DNA of 64,000 bases from Ramazzottius varieornatus (GCA_001949185.1 BDGG01000001.1:2435324-2499323); one strand, 5' to 3'. Positions 1 to 13,900 are shown, counted from the first letter of the stretch. The notes: generated by a model from the letters alone, not told the origin. Program-made: numbers and translations.

Positions 1-1
1 A

Positions 2-478
2 ATCCTCTCTAACGCTCTGCATCTTACGAAACACAAGACAGAAACAGTGAAAGCAGCGGAAGATACTCAGTTGAATCTAGATGAGATCGTTCGTTATGCG
101 CATCGCATAAGCGTGGGATACTCTGTCGCAGCGCCGGCCAATTGGATGCCCGGCGACCCCCGTCGGCCATATCCTACGGACCTGGAAATGCGCGCTGGAG
201 TGCTAGCCAGGGTTAATTCGATACCGCCACCTCCGAACCAGATTCCGGATATGCCCACAGAAAACCTTACGAATGTAATGCAGAAGTTTGTGGGGAATAA
301 CGCGGGACCCTATGTGATGGCGCCTCTTCCGCTTAGTCAAGCAACTACGCCGGCGGATGCAAATAAAGCGCAGACTGCTGCAAACTCGAACTTGCATCGA
401 GAAACCTCGAGCGAAGAACCTGATGTGGAAACGATGTCGAGCGAGTCTTCGAGTACTTCTAGCAGTGAAGAAGAGTAG
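2..478 (+). CDS. MED4: Mediator subunit 4, C-terminal exon (5'-partial)
   Basis: Frame is open from nt 2. EIVRYAHRIS...APANWMPGDPRRPYPTDLEMRAGVL and the acidic Ser-rich tail match the metazoan MED4 C-terminus. Confidence 0.9.
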   Translation: MLSNALHLTKHKTETVKAAEDTQLNLDEIVRYAHRISVGYSVAAPANWMPGDPRRPYPTDLEMRAGVLARVNSIPPPPNQIPDMPTENLTNVMQKFVGNNAGPYVMAPLPLSQATTPADANKAQTAANSNLHRETSSEEPDVETMSSESSSTSSSEEE

Positions 479-845
479 CTACAACTCGGAGGGGGGAAGT
501 ACTTGCTCGCGAAGCAGCTTTTCTTTTGGTAGAGTGATGCATACCTTAATACCACAAAATTCATCGCGCCATAACATTCGCGCAAACGAAAGCTTGTGAT
601 TTGGCTTGTTCAAATTATGCATAAAACACTAAAATGTAAAATACAAAGAGTAACTCGTATAGTTGTTGAGCTATAAGGAAATGAGAGTTACCAGATTATG
701 GTGCTTTTCGGCTTCAGTGCCAAAATGAAAGAAGCGTTCGGGAGTAATTCTTCAAGTTTTCAGAAATGGAAAGAAACTGAGAAGGCACCAGAGTTGTTTT
801 TCAAAAGGACTACCAAGTGTTCGAACAGAAAGACATCTCAGATGC

Positions 846-2624
846 TCAGTTAGTGCCGAAAGAAGTAGGAGGAGACCACTGTGCGCGAGCCTTCCTGGGA
901 ACCACGACAGGCTTTGTTGGAGGCGTCACGGTAGGCTTGGACACTGGTTCCGCATCTGCAGACAACAAAACCCAAGTTGATGTGATGACTTATCTAAACT
1001 TTTGTTAGCTCTGAGCGCGAGAGAGCATGTGCGCTTACCGGCAACGTTCAGCTTTTCCAGCTGAGAAATCAAATCGTCCGTGGAGTCGTCCTTCAACAGT
1101 TCTTCAAGTTCCTTTTCCAGCTCATCTTCATCCACGTCGTCCTTTATGCCTTTCATTGGACTGGAAATTGCTTCTGCGATCTCGTCGTGGACTTCCATGA
1201 CTTCCTGCATATCATCAGCAACTGCTTCCACTTTCTCCACACTATTGTCTTTCTGAACATCTTTGAGAGCGGAAAGCCCTGCTTGATAAGCCTCAAAAAT
1301 CTGAAAATGAAATTTTAATTATTGCCAAATGTAAAGCGAAAAGTCATCAAGACTCTTCAGTAGCACTTACCTTTTCATCCGTTTCAGAATTTTCTAAACG
1401 ATGCAGCATATTTCCGATGTTAGTGATCACTGTGTCCTTCTGCTCCAAAGCCTTCTCGTAGAGTTTCTTCTTCTTCAGAACTCTTAAAGCAACGGGTTTC
1501 TTCCCTGCTCGAACCAGCGACCGTACTTCCTGATCCAGTTCCTCTATCTTGCCTTGAACGACAGAAGCTTCCTTCTCCATTTTGTGAAGCGAACGTCTCA
1601 GAGTGATGACGCCCTTATCCGCTTCCGAGATCTTCGCGACCTTTTTCTTAGCGCTGGCTGGAGCAGCATGGAGAAACTTGATCGTAGCGTGTTCGTCATC
1701 GTCCAAGTCGGTAACGATTATCTGCTGGGTTCGCTGCAGATGTTTCAGCACCTGTGAGAAAACAAGACATAAGATGGAAAATTATGATGAAAATTCAACA
1801 AAACATAAAACATAAGTTTCATGAAGCATTCGAATTACAAAACTTGATGCTGCTCGGAAATTTACCACAGGCATGGAGTAGTCAGGCACGATATCACCAA
1901 ACAGCTCTTTGAACGTGGGCAGGTCCAGGACGGAAGACGAGAGAATACCCGACTGAGCACGAGTGAGGATTTCGGCTGCTTTGGTCTTAACAAGCTCCAC
2001 GTTCACGTATCGAACATTCTCCGTGTCTGTATTCGAGCCGAAGACCAGACCAGCCGTGAAGGATAGTGGCTTCTTCACTAACGAGTTAAATCCCCAAGCC
2101 ACCCAAGACTCCTGAGCTGCGGAAAAGTACTCATCCATCGTCGGGAATTTCTTTCTCCTACGAACAATGAATAAAAATCAGAATTATGACTGCAAAAGTG
2201 TCGTTTCAGAAGAATACTGTCAGTTACCCTTGCAACTCCTCCAGCACTTTGGGAATGGCGTGAGGCTTCTTGCCCTTTCTCTGAAGCTTCGTTCGTAACT
2301 CGGCGGCACTGAAGGTAATGAGCTCTTCTTCATTCACACAGCGTTCTATAAGGTCAGACCAAAACTTCATCTTGCTGTCATATGCTGCTGGATTAACTTC
2401 TCGCGATCTGAAGTCTGTGAACAAGGCATTCATCCGCACATCGTCATCCCAGCAGTCCGGCAGGTACGAAGGCCTTGTAGGTCGACTTGGAGAAGACAAA
2501 TCGCCCGGAAACTCGTCCTCGCTCAGCTGTGAACTGCAAAGGAAGAAACAAACGGTTAAATTAGCTGGCACTTCGGCAACACCGCAATGTACGTTACTAA
2601 CTTTTGTCGTTTGAGGACAGCCAT
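846..2624 (-). CDS. CHMP7: Charged multivesicular body protein 7 (ESCRT-II/III hybrid), multi-exon
   Basis: N-terminal YLPDCWDDDVRMNALFTDFRSREVNPAAYDSKMKFWSDLI, middle SWVAWG..LVKKPLSF, Snf7-type C-terminus (ALRVLKKKK; VDEDELEKELEELL). GT-AG introns link ORFs 2224-2571, 1782-2138, 1347-1751 and 926-1240. ATG at 2624, TGA at 846. Confidence 0.9.
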
Positions 2625-3097
2625 GGTTCGCTGGAACACAGTAGCAGAAATTATTTACGATTGTGAACGAGGATGAGCGGAAAAGAGAAGAAAAGTGATT
2701 TCATGCGAAATCGGAATCTGAGCGAGGCTGATACACTGGAAGAAAAACGAGAACAAATCAACATTCGAAAAGAATCAAAAATTGGTGAGCCGTAGGGTTG
2801 TTGTACCTGATCAATTTAACCTGGCAATCGAATGAATCGATGATCGATCAATTCATCTTTGATCGATCCAGAGAAATGGGCAGGCCTTGTGGTGTTTACG
2901 AAGTAACAGCTGATCGCAACCTCGCAATCTGGCCAGAGTCCACTTCTCCAGTTTTGAATTCTTGCATTAAATGATTAAGATCTCGAACCGGATTTCTTTC
3001 GTCACAGGATTCCAGTATTGGGGGGACATCATTACGTGTCTGAGTGAACCGGCAGAAAGTAGGAGTGTCATGTTCTTACCAGAAGAAAAGCTGAAAG

Positions 3098-4324
3098 ATG
3101 AAGAAGTGTAACTGGGGCTGGCAGGGAAGTGCGAAGAAGCTGGCGGATCGCGGCGCTTACCTACTGAAAAATCTTCCCTTCCCGGCGGACATAGTCTTCG
3201 AGTGCGATCACGATGGAGTTGTCGAGACAATTCCGGCTCATAAGTAAGTGTGTGCTCAGTTCACTGCACTGCTGAGTGTCTTCGGTAGAAGATTGTAAGG
3301 CTGTACCATTTGATCAGGATATTCCTCGTGATCGGAAGTGAAGTCTTCGAAGCGATGTTTTGTGGACTGAATGCCGATCCACTGATGTCAAAGGTAGCTA
3401 TTTCAAACTACTCCAAGGCTACCTTTCAAGCTTTTCTTGACTTTTTGTACGCGGATCAACATCCCTCTTTTGAGCGGGATTGGACGAATGCTGATTCGCA
3501 AAGTAACTGGTTGTTCGAGATGATGGAGCTACTTCACTGTGCTTCGCAGTATGGAGTTCCGGAATTAGTAACCCTTTGCAGAGCTGCAGTTGTCAGATCT
3601 TTAGGGTTCTCAGAAGGGGGGTTTGCAGGGGTTGGATCATGACTATGACGATGATGACGACTATGACAACGAGGACGAGGATAACGACGGGTGGGAGGTT
3701 CTGGATCCAGCATTCGAGATCACACCTGATTTCAAGGCGTGTCCCGAGACTTCGCGCCGATTCATGGGGCTTTGCCGCTTGCAGTACCCATTCGAGCTCC
3801 GTTTCGCTTTCCACGAAGAAGGTAATTGTGACTTGGCGGTGTGGATAGACGAGCATAATATTGTGGCAGAGCAGCTGGACGAATTGCATTTGCCACTTTC
3901 TACTACAGAGGACTCGCTGATGCCCGACTCGGCTGGAACAGTCTCTCTGTATATTCCTGAGCTTGGTCCGGGTAAGGGTGTACTGTGAATGATTTCTGCT
4001 GTTTGTTATACCTTTTAAGACATGTCTGACTTCCTTATGGTTTCAGGTGATAGTCTATTCGAGAAACGCTGCATTCTGTACATCGGAACAGACGACGGAA
4101 AAGCCAACGATTTGCACGGTGTCGTTTTCGGGAGAATGACAGTTGCTGATCCAAACATGAAGCCTTACTGGCTCTATGGCATGGAGGAACTGAAGCGTCT
4201 CTTGAACTCCGACAAGTGGAACGGACTGCCGTATTGTCAGCAGTGTCGTTTCGTTAGATCCGTACAGCGTCGACTAAAGGACAAAGCTTCGCCTAATTTT
4301 CTATTGAACCGTGTTAACACTTAA
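3098..4324 (+). CDS. BTB/POZ-domain protein (BTBD1/2/6-like N-terminus, divergent C-terminus)
   Basis: Exon from 3098 gives MKKCNWGWQGSAKKLADRGAYLLKNLPFPADIVFEC...IPAHK, spliced to IFLVIGSEVFEAMF...FQAFLDFLYAD...YGVPELVTLC. The frame junction near 3615-3628 is unresolved. Confidence 0.7.
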
Positions 4325-4725
4325 CAGTCAAAGTGTGATTTCTCGATGCGTGCAATGGTTGTGGCATATGCATGGTTTGACAAATGTGATGAAACTCAGA
4401 ACAGTTTGCGGTGAAGTGGTTTAGTTCAAAAGTATTTTCTGTTCCATGTTCGATAACTCGGTTTCTCGACGGATTCTTTAGCTTTTTTTCTCGTGAGGTT
4501 TCACTAAACAGTATTTCTCCCTGCTTTACATCAGGGACTGACCCTGTTTACATTGTCGTCCAGTCTTGAAATGATATACTGAGTATTTAAGGTTGTACAA
4601 TAGTTTCCGATAGCGCGAATCGTAATCTCAGTCCGCACGAAGATATCACAAAATTACAGTTCGGCTTATGATACAAAAAAATTAATATCACAGACTAGGC
4701 CAAAAGCTACAATGGTTATGAGCCA

Positions 4726-7274
4726 TCAGAGGTTAGAGTCTTCCGGCGTTAACATGCCTGCTCGCTCCTGCGCGTCGACTAGAACCTCGGCTATACCCTT
4801 TGGTCTACTCTGCGGACTAAGACCACTTTCCTCGTCGTTCTCCGCAGTAGAAGGTTCGCGATCGAGCAAGAACGGAGCTGACAAACCGATACCAATGGCC
4901 CCCAATGGAGCCGTTATGATTATCAGCAGAACAGCAATGGTGACGACCTGCAAAAAGGAAGCGTTGATTGAGTGCACAGGTTAACGGACATGAATAGCTC
5001 ACTTTTTCCCCGAGTAAAATCACTTCCGGTGTGGCTTTCAGTGCCCTTGCTGTGTCTAGCGCTAACGAACCGAGTGCGGCCTGGATCGTTGCCTTGGGGA
5101 GCCAAGCGATGGCAGTGAACAGCTTTTCCTTGAAGTTCAACCCAGCTCCGGAGACGGCTAGCACCGAAAAAGCCATCCGCACAACGAGGCCGATGATGAG
5201 GACCCCGACGGCTAGACCGACGGTTTCTCGGTTTACACTCTGGAGGTCGACTTCAGCTCCTATCAGCCCGAACAGCAAAGGTTGACAGAAGGTCCACATG
5301 TAAGCAAACACGACGGAAGCTTTAACCTAAACAAATGTGCGTTTAGATTAAGTATGAAAAAATAACAGGTATAGTCTGAAGTACTCGGTCAGCGTCGTAT
5401 CTAGGCTGACGCCACTTGTGCGCCGCCACGAAAGCCGCGGTAAGACATCCAAGCGCACCCGCCCCCGAGAACCCCACTGCTTTCGATCCGAAAACAGCGA
5501 CCAGTTCACCGAGGAATAAGAAGACGAATCTTAGCACCGACAGGTCGGCCTAAAAAAAGACAAGAAACTGATGGTCATTTCGCATCGTCGTGCTCTTGTG
5601 CAAATAACTTCCGGTCTGCAAGATGCTCTGGACGTACGTTCTGACGTTCTGGAAAATACCAGAATAAAATCCCAATGACGAGTCCGAAGCTTAGTCCCAT
5701 CAATATCTCCAAGGGACCCTGTATGATCTGGAACCAAAGTGGAGATCCTGCAGTTGAACAAGTTACCGTAAAAATTTGTGTTAGGATTGAGGAACCATGT
5801 CAGATCCGTCAGTCGAAGGAGAGTGGCTCACCGGAGAATATGACGCTTAAGAGGATCGTGAACCCAGATATTCCCAGCACATCATCCAGGCTCGAGGCTG
5901 CGATGAGTAATGTTGGAATACCTTTCCTGGTTCCTAATTTGATTTCCTGCAGGTGGAGCATGAATGGCACGAGCACTGCCGGACTGACCGCGCCGGATAA
6001 AAATCCCAGAAGAAACGCCCATCTGAAACATCGTAAAATAACTTTTGTAATACTGAATTATTCACTACTTTCAGAATTATCTTTTGGACAGATAGATTAT
6101 GTAGATTAGCACAACACCAACAAAGAATTGCTCAACACAGGTTGAAATAGAAGAAGTACGCATAAAGAACAAGACAGTTAGTACAGTATAATAACACTCA
6201 CAGCCACGGAAAGCCCAATATGAGAAACGCCGCGATGCCGACTGAGATGGCTTCGGTCGTACACGGAAGAAACGAGAGTAACAATACACTCTTGCTAAGT
6301 TTCCTCAATGCTTTTCCGTCTAAGCCGAGACCAGCTCGAGTAAGGATCACAGTAAGCGCGACATTCCGCAAAACGGAAGACCACCGCGGGTCGATGTCAC
6401 CGGCGATGTTTATCCTAGGGACATTCCGCAGCATAAAGCCGGCGATGAGCATGCCCAAAAGTGGTGGAATTTGAATCAGCGACATGATGTAACCACCGAT
6501 GAATGCGCTGTATACGAGGACGAGCAAGGCGAATATGTTGCCGCCGGGCAAGGCGTCATCCTTGAAAACGGATAGTGCTGTCAGCCATGCTAACAGACCT
6601 AACAGGAGCTTCACGATGATGTCCGCTACTCTCCCGTGAGGTGGACATAAGAAGGCGTGGTAGACCCTTTCGGCGCATGTTGGATGTTCGGGAAGGATAT
6701 TCTTCTCGTACAGGAACTGGCTTTCTTTCTTTCGAATGTACTGCAACATCCTTGCGCGAGGTGATTGCTTGGGCGCTTTCCGGCTTGTTTTCGCTTGCCC
6801 GTTTCCTTCAAAAGATACAGACGTGGACGTGCGTCAGTGCTCTCAAACAGCTTCAAAATTTTTTATGGAACGAAGTTATCATTATTAACAATTTTTTCCA
6901 CTATATGTCAAGTACATATATATGGTTACCATTGTCAGTCGCATTGGTTAGGGTGAAATTGTTGTCCAAGGAAGAACATCGCTGGAGCCTCGGTCGTTCT
7001 CGATTCTGACTTCCTTCGAACACTGCTAGAAGAATTTGAGATGTCCATGATGAGATGAACGTCAGTCCAGAGAAAGACATGCCTTACCGGGCGCATCGCC
7101 GTTGACGAAGATTTCCAGCGTGGATCGATAGGAAACGACGGACTGCTCGAATGTTTGTGTTGCGTACAGCGGTAACAGCTGATGCTGGTCCATAGATCGG
7201 CGGTGAGGCCTTGACGCGCTGTTCGATCGAGGGCGCCACTGTGCCACCTGTTGCGCTTCCGAATCGATATCCAT
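4726..7274 (-). CDS. SLC9B2: Na+/H+ antiporter NHA/SLC9B family (CPA2), multi-exon
   Basis: LCPPHG, IPPLLGMLIAGFMLRN, LRNVALTVILTRAGLGLD, GIPTLLIAASSLDD, QPLLFGLIGAEV, AWLPKATIQAALG and ILITAPLGA-like motifs in consecutive exons. Start codon is tentative. Confidence 0.9.
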
Positions 7275-7790
7275 AGTTTATCGTCGCATCCAGGTTCTTC
7301 GAGTTTCTGCTTCTACTTGACACTATTTCTCCTGCTGGCAATGGTTGTCCTAGACAGGCCGCGGTGAAAAATGAATGCCGAAGCACGTTCTCTGACACAA
7401 TTGCTCTACATGCCGCCTTCGACAAACGCGAGGAACTACTCATGAGAGAATGAGCCATTCAACGAGAAAGCAATGTTCTCCCTATGATGTTAAGCAAGTG
7501 CTTCCATTATACCCTGTTTGGCGAGAAAACAAGCGCTTGGGTCGCCTATTCAGCCTTCAGCCACTTGACCGTTGTTGCAGTGTACTGCAAAAATAAGGTC
7601 GGTGTGTTCATGATGGGAAATTTTATGGGTTTTCTATCGATTCAGATAGATAGAAAGCCGTGTTTTAGTTTTCGGTAGACTAGTGCTAGTGAGGGATGTC
7701 GAACTCTGCTACAGATAGACAATGTTCAATCGATCTCAAGAAACCGAAACTAACTCAGTTTCAAAATACCAGTTCAAGTGAAAAAGTTGG

Positions 7791-9831
7791 CTAATTTATT
7801 GGGAAGACGCCACTACCACCAGTACCACCAGTACCACCACCGAAACCAACACCACCATTAATGGGGCACAATGATGACTGCGTGGGTTGAGGGAAGGCTC
7901 CTCCACTGATGTTATTTATCCAAGCCTGGATCGTCGGGTTCGCCAGGTTCGTATATACAGAGGGGATTCCTGAAAAACACACAAAACACCAGTTATAAAG
8001 TTTGAAAAGGATTAGTTCCATTAGTTTCCGTTCACCGTAGGAAAAGAAACTGAAAGGTAGTCTGTGTGGTGGTAACTTGCCTTGCTGACCACACTGAACA
8101 CCCCATGAACTCACTCCAGCAACCATGTAGAACTGCCTACCCGCGGCCGGGCTGATGCAGGCTCTTAAGACAAAACGTTTTCCAAGATTAGCAACGGTCT
8201 ATCCCCAGACCAAATCATGGAATGGTTATCAGTTCGCGTCGGACTTACAGAGGAGCTCCACCGTCTCTCTACGAAATAGAATAAAAGGCTCGCAACTTAG
8301 AACCGGTACCGTACTTGCGTGCCATCTGAACTTACGGAGCAAGTATCCTTTCCCTGTTGTCCACCTGTAAGAAAAGAAACAATCCACAGCCTAACATCGG
8401 AAACTTAGAGGAACGCTAATCGGAAACCTAATCGGAAACCTTACCAGCGCAGATCGCGGTGAGATCCGTGTTATAGCTTTGTTGGTTCAGTCGTAAACGG
8501 TAGAGTAGGGAGCACGTAGCAGTTGGAAGGACCGGGACCATCACCTACGAAACAGCATCAGACCGTGTGGACCTTTATTCCTGCGCATGGTGGAACGGCA
8601 GTCAGACATTGATACCTCCCGCAGCAGATTGTCGCTGGTAGTGGCACCTAAAGTGGGAAGCCGACAGGGAAGCTATTGCATACATTTCGAGGGGAAATGT
8701 CTGAGGTCTTCGTACCTGCTGCAGTAACGCCATAGCCTGCTACGTGGCAGCGTTCCCCCAAGAACAGGTCCTGTGCAGCGGCAGCGTTCGTAGATGTGGC
8801 ATTCGGAAGACAAGCTCCACAGATGGCCGTGTTGGTCGTGAAGTCGATGGCGGTGGACAGGCGCAACAAGGCAACATCACCTACAGGGTAGCCTATTGGA
8901 AGCACCCTGCGATATCCCGTAAACGTAACGACGTTGGAAACCAGCAGCAACTCCGTAGTCGATCCTGCGGTGATGACGGTTGATGTAGCTCCCACACGAA
9001 CTCTCAACTGGTTCGCGGCAAGCCTGAAAAGCACAGACCCTTTTTAGATTTATATTTTTCAAAGAACGAAAATAGTGCGAGTCTGGGACAATTTAAGCTT
9101 TTTTCCAACTATTTTCCATTTTTGAAATGAAACAAAAGGTTCAGCGACGTTTCTCAGCGTACGGTTTTACAACAGGGATTCTCCATTACCCCAACACAGC
9201 GCTGGCCGATGTAATAATGTAGTTGGCGTTGACAATAGCACCAGCTCCCCTCAGGTTGAAGCTCTGGCCATTGCTGGTAGTGCTCAAAATCTGGGCAATC
9301 CAACAATGCCTACTTGCCGTGCTGGAGACCGTAGTCCCACCCAGGATTCTCGCCGAACGAGCAGACACGTCGTTTCTGCTAACGAAGTTGACAACACCAC
9401 TACCATCAAACATCAGGCCAGGGACACCGTTACCAAGGTCGACGTTGATGTTGGCTTGGGCGATTCCACATGTCAGGCCTGTTGGGTTGATCACTCCGAT
9501 CCCACCTCCACCGGTACCTCCAGTCCCGCTGCTCTTGATGCAACATATGGTACCAGTACTAGCACAACTCGAACTGAGGTCAAATATAAATTGCGTTCCA
9601 GCTGGACAATTTGCAAAACAAGTCCCTTGCACACTGGCGCCAGTACTTGGGTCGATTGGAGAACACTCTATAACAAAATTCATGGTTGGTCACAATTAGA
9701 CGAGGCGCATCAGGAAACCTGCAAAAACTTCACGGCCTCATGTTCCACCTACGCTGCTGCGAGCGAACCTCCACAGTGACACCCAGAAGACCGATGCAGG
9801 CGGTTAAAACAAGCATATATTTCAGTTCCAT
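7791..9831 (-). CDS. Secreted serine-protease homolog (catalytically inactive S1 domain) with an N-terminal 6-Cys module
   Basis: Signal peptide MELKYMLVLTACIGLLGVTVEVRS and activation site R|ILGG. TAAHC is replaced by TSASAV, GDVALLRL is kept, and GDSGGP is replaced by RDGGAP (20-nt exon). VAGVSSWGVQCG and PSVYT follow. Confidence 0.85.
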
Positions 9832-10976
9832 GATGGAAATAATATCTCTGGTAACGAACAACTGATGTCATTCGCACTTCAGAACAGAAGTCGCGTAGGT
9901 TCCTTATATCTCGCTTTATACAGCCCGCACGGTTTTTATGTCTGCACCACCCATAGTAAATAGCCAGCGTATAAAAACGTAATTTCGCACATTCGGCCTA
10001 TTCAAGTTCGAAGTTCTTTGCCGTAATATTTGCCTGCTCTTTCTAACACCGTTCCATAAACCCGTTTGCCTCACTCAAATGTCGTTTTCCATAATGTCGT
10101 TTTTTTGTTGACCATAAGGAAAACCAATTTCAGGCACCGAGAACCACCGGTCAGCATGCGCGTGTTCGGTGGGCACTTGGCTGCCTCGGCCTTCACAGCT
10201 CGTGCTTGAAGGTACGGTTGAGCAACCAGACCTTTACGATTATGGCTACCCGTTTAGTACGGATGTCGTCGTTACGTTATTCGAAATTTTCTATGGCTTC
10301 TACCCTACATTGCATCGCATGTAGAGCAAAGTTCGCCCATAAATTCGGAACTTTACAGGCGTTTAATGTTTTAAGCAGTATTCTTTCTGGGTGACCGCGC
10401 CCAGGTTCACGATTTCACGCCTGACAGCTTCACAGAGTTCGAAGAACCTTTCGTATGAAAACTTCCATCTCATTCTTCCATCAGCTTTTCTCGCAGATTT
10501 CCCACAATAGTGGGACGTCGTAGCCATACAAGCTTTCTTCTTACCTTCTAGAAAGAAAGATTAAAGATCTCCTAGGTCCTTGTAATCGAGACTTCGAAAC
10601 CAGGTGCAGAGAGCGTGCCCAAAGTACTGTGTGTCTGTAAATAAAAGAACTTTAGCTGCATGCCTTCAGTAGAACAGTACGTACAGCTAAAGAGGTTGTC
10701 GTTAAGAAGGCGTTATCTCTGAGACAATCATCTGGAAATTCGATGAAGCCTGATAGTAGTCTGCATTGGAAAAAAGCTTTGGAATCAGAAACTATCCCGC
10801 TCCGCGTAGGTATCTGTCCTGCCGCTATCCCTTCGTTCACATCTTACTTGATCCTTGAATCTGTTTCCGGGTCGTTAATCACTTGACGAGGAAAACCGAC
10901 ATCCTGCAAAGAAGCGGTTCAATTGCTATCGGTGTTAATTCGACCATCTCCTGAACATATAAATTGAATATTTACC

Positions 10977-13900
10977 ATGTCTCCTGGTCTGCAAAAGGAT
11001 GCAAATGCGGTGGTTGTCATCGTTGGATCTGGCGGAAGAGAGTCAGCTCTAGCCTGGAAGCTATCGCAAAGTCCGAATGTTCGAAGAATCCTCCTGGTTC
11101 CCGGAAACGGATACACCGGGTCTTTCTGTAGCCAAAAGATATCCAACGGCTTTCTAGATCTCGATAACTTGTCTCTGGAAAACCCATCTCATTTTTCACG
11201 GTTCTCGGATCGATGCAAAACGGAGAAGGTGTCGTTGGTAGTAATCGGACCGGAAGCTCCTCTGGCTGCCGGCCTAGCGGATCATCTGGGCCGCGAAAGC
11301 ATCCCCTGCTTTGGCCCACGAAGCCAAGCGGCTAAACTCGAATGGGACAAATCCTTTGCTAAAGCCTTCTTTGATAAGTATGGCATCCCCACTGCTCGGT
11401 GGAAGTCCTTCACGAAGTCAGAGGAAGCTGTGGAGTATATCAACAGGTGAATAACTAATAACCAATTATGACATAACGCTATGCCATGCAGCACGTAATT
11501 CCTGTGGTGACACGAAAGCCCCGCCGAAACGTTTAGCATTGTCAGGTTTCTTTTTGATTGACCCATACTGTGTTGAGAGTTTGGTTGAATGAGTTGCCGG
11601 TCAGAGGCTTGACTGCGGAAGTTTCCACATCTCGAAGATTATTCCAGTAGAATAATACCTTTGTGTTTCTTTCTCTAGCGCTTCCTTCGACGCTCTGGTC
11701 GTCAAAGCATCAGGACTGGCCGCGGGGAAAGGAGTCATCGTCTGCAGTGATCCCGAGGAAGCCAGCCGGACTGCGCACGACGTCTTGGACGACAGAAGCT
11801 TTGGTGAGGCTGGATCGTCGATCGTAGTGGAAGAAAAGCTCGATGGACCGGAAGTTTCCGTCTTGTGCTTCACAGATGGGGAAACAGTGGTGGCAATGCC
11901 AGCCGCACAGGATGCCAAGCGCGTTGGAGAGGGAGACACTGGTCCGAACACCGGAGGAATGGGAGCTTACGTCCCAGTGCACACTTCCATCCTTAGCCAA
12001 CCGGACTACGACTGTATCGTCCGCCATGTCAAGGCCACAGTTCGAGGTCTAAAAGAGGAAGGATGTCCGTATGTTGGAATATTGTATGCTGGAGTGATAC
12101 TGACGAAGGATGGACCGAAATTTCTTGAGTACAACTGTCGGTTTGGCGATCCGGAAACGGAAGTATGAATTGCTGACGATGCATGCATAATTCAGCTGCT
12201 ATCTATGGCATGTTATATGACATTGACATCCGTCTCTGGTTCCAGGTTCTTCTGCCGCTTCTTGAAAGCGACCTATACGAAGTTCTCCTAGCTTGTACCA
12301 ACGGAAGTCTGTCCAGGACGTCTGTGAAGTTCTCTGCGGATAAGGCAGCTGTATGCGTTGTGTTAGCCAGTGGAGGATATCCGAACGCTTCAAAGACCGG
12401 GAAGCATGTGGACTTCGGGCGAGGTATGCTTTCATTTCTTTCTGGAAGTTGTTCAATATCTTCTCAGCTGACTGCTGCTGTACCTGCAGAGGTACGCGAC
12501 TTCATCTTTGGGGAGAACGCGCTGGTATTCCCTGCGGGCGTTGTAAACAACTACAACGAACTGAAGACGAATGGTGGACGAGTTCTTATGGTGGTCGGGA
12601 TGGCGGACAGCCTGCCTGAAGCTGCTGTGATAGCTCAGAATGCCGCTAGCAGCATCAAGTTCGACGGGAAACAGTACCGCAAAGATATTGGATACCAGTC
12701 CATCGTTCGGTAAGCCCCCGAGACTGTATATGATATTAACGTTTGACATTACTGTAGGCGAACCAAGCTGACTACTTATTTTGTAGGTCGCTGACGTCGC
12801 AGACAGGTCTAACGTATAAAGATTGCGATGTGGACATCGATGAAGGAGACCGTTTGGTCAGTGAGTATATCGTACCGGAAGCCAAGCAGACGGACAGACC
12901 TGGCTTACTTTACGGAGTTGGTGGGTTTGGAGGACTTTTTGACTTGACACAGCTGAACTACAAGAGCCCAGTGATAGTCAGCGGTACAGATGGTGTCGGT
13001 ACGAAACTACTGGTAGGACCTTGCTTTTCTTCCATCCATATCTTTTATGATGTCCTATACTCAATGATTGACTTTTGATAGATTGCCGAAGACTGCGGAA
13101 AGCATGAAACGGTCGGAGTTGACCTGGTGGCAATGTCCGTAAACGATATACTGACTCACAACGCTGAGCCCATACTCTTCCTGGACTACTTTGCCACAGG
13201 AAAGCTCTCGGCAGAAACTGCTGGCTTAGTTCTGAAAGGTATCGCGGCGGGATGCAAAAAATCGAACTGCAGCCTAATCGGTAGGTCAACCTAACCAACC
13301 GATAATATACGCACAGTATCCATATTTCGCTAAAGCTCGAAAAGCCAGTTGTTGGGTTTGAAGGTGGTGAAACTGCCGAGATGCCAGGAATGTATCCGCC
13401 TGGCCGTTACGACTTGGCTGGGTTCGCCGTCGGGATAGCAGAAAAGGATCAGATACTTCCGCGTATCGACAGCATAGTCCCAGGAGACATCGTACTGGGC
13501 GTGGCATCCTCGGGAATCCACAGTAACGGGTTCAGCCTCGTACGGCGTGTGGTAGAAAACTCGGGTCTGGACTACAATAGCCCGGCTCCATTCAACCACG
13601 ACACCAGCCTAGGTACTAAATCGCTCCAAGTGATTATCCTATTCGGATTAACTCAGTTTCGGCATTCGTCTAGGTGACGCGCTGTTGGTCCCGACGAAGT
13701 TATACGTAAAGTCTGTCCTTCCTGCTCTCCGTACAGGCAAAGTGAAGGCAGCCAGTCACATTACCGGAGGAGGCCTGACGGAAAACATTCCCAGAATCCT
13801 CCCCAAGAACACTGACGCTGTCCTTGAAGCCAGCAGTTGGCCAGTGCAACCGGCCTTCAGTTGGCTGTGGTCAGCCGGTGGAGTCTCTCCGCTTGAGATG

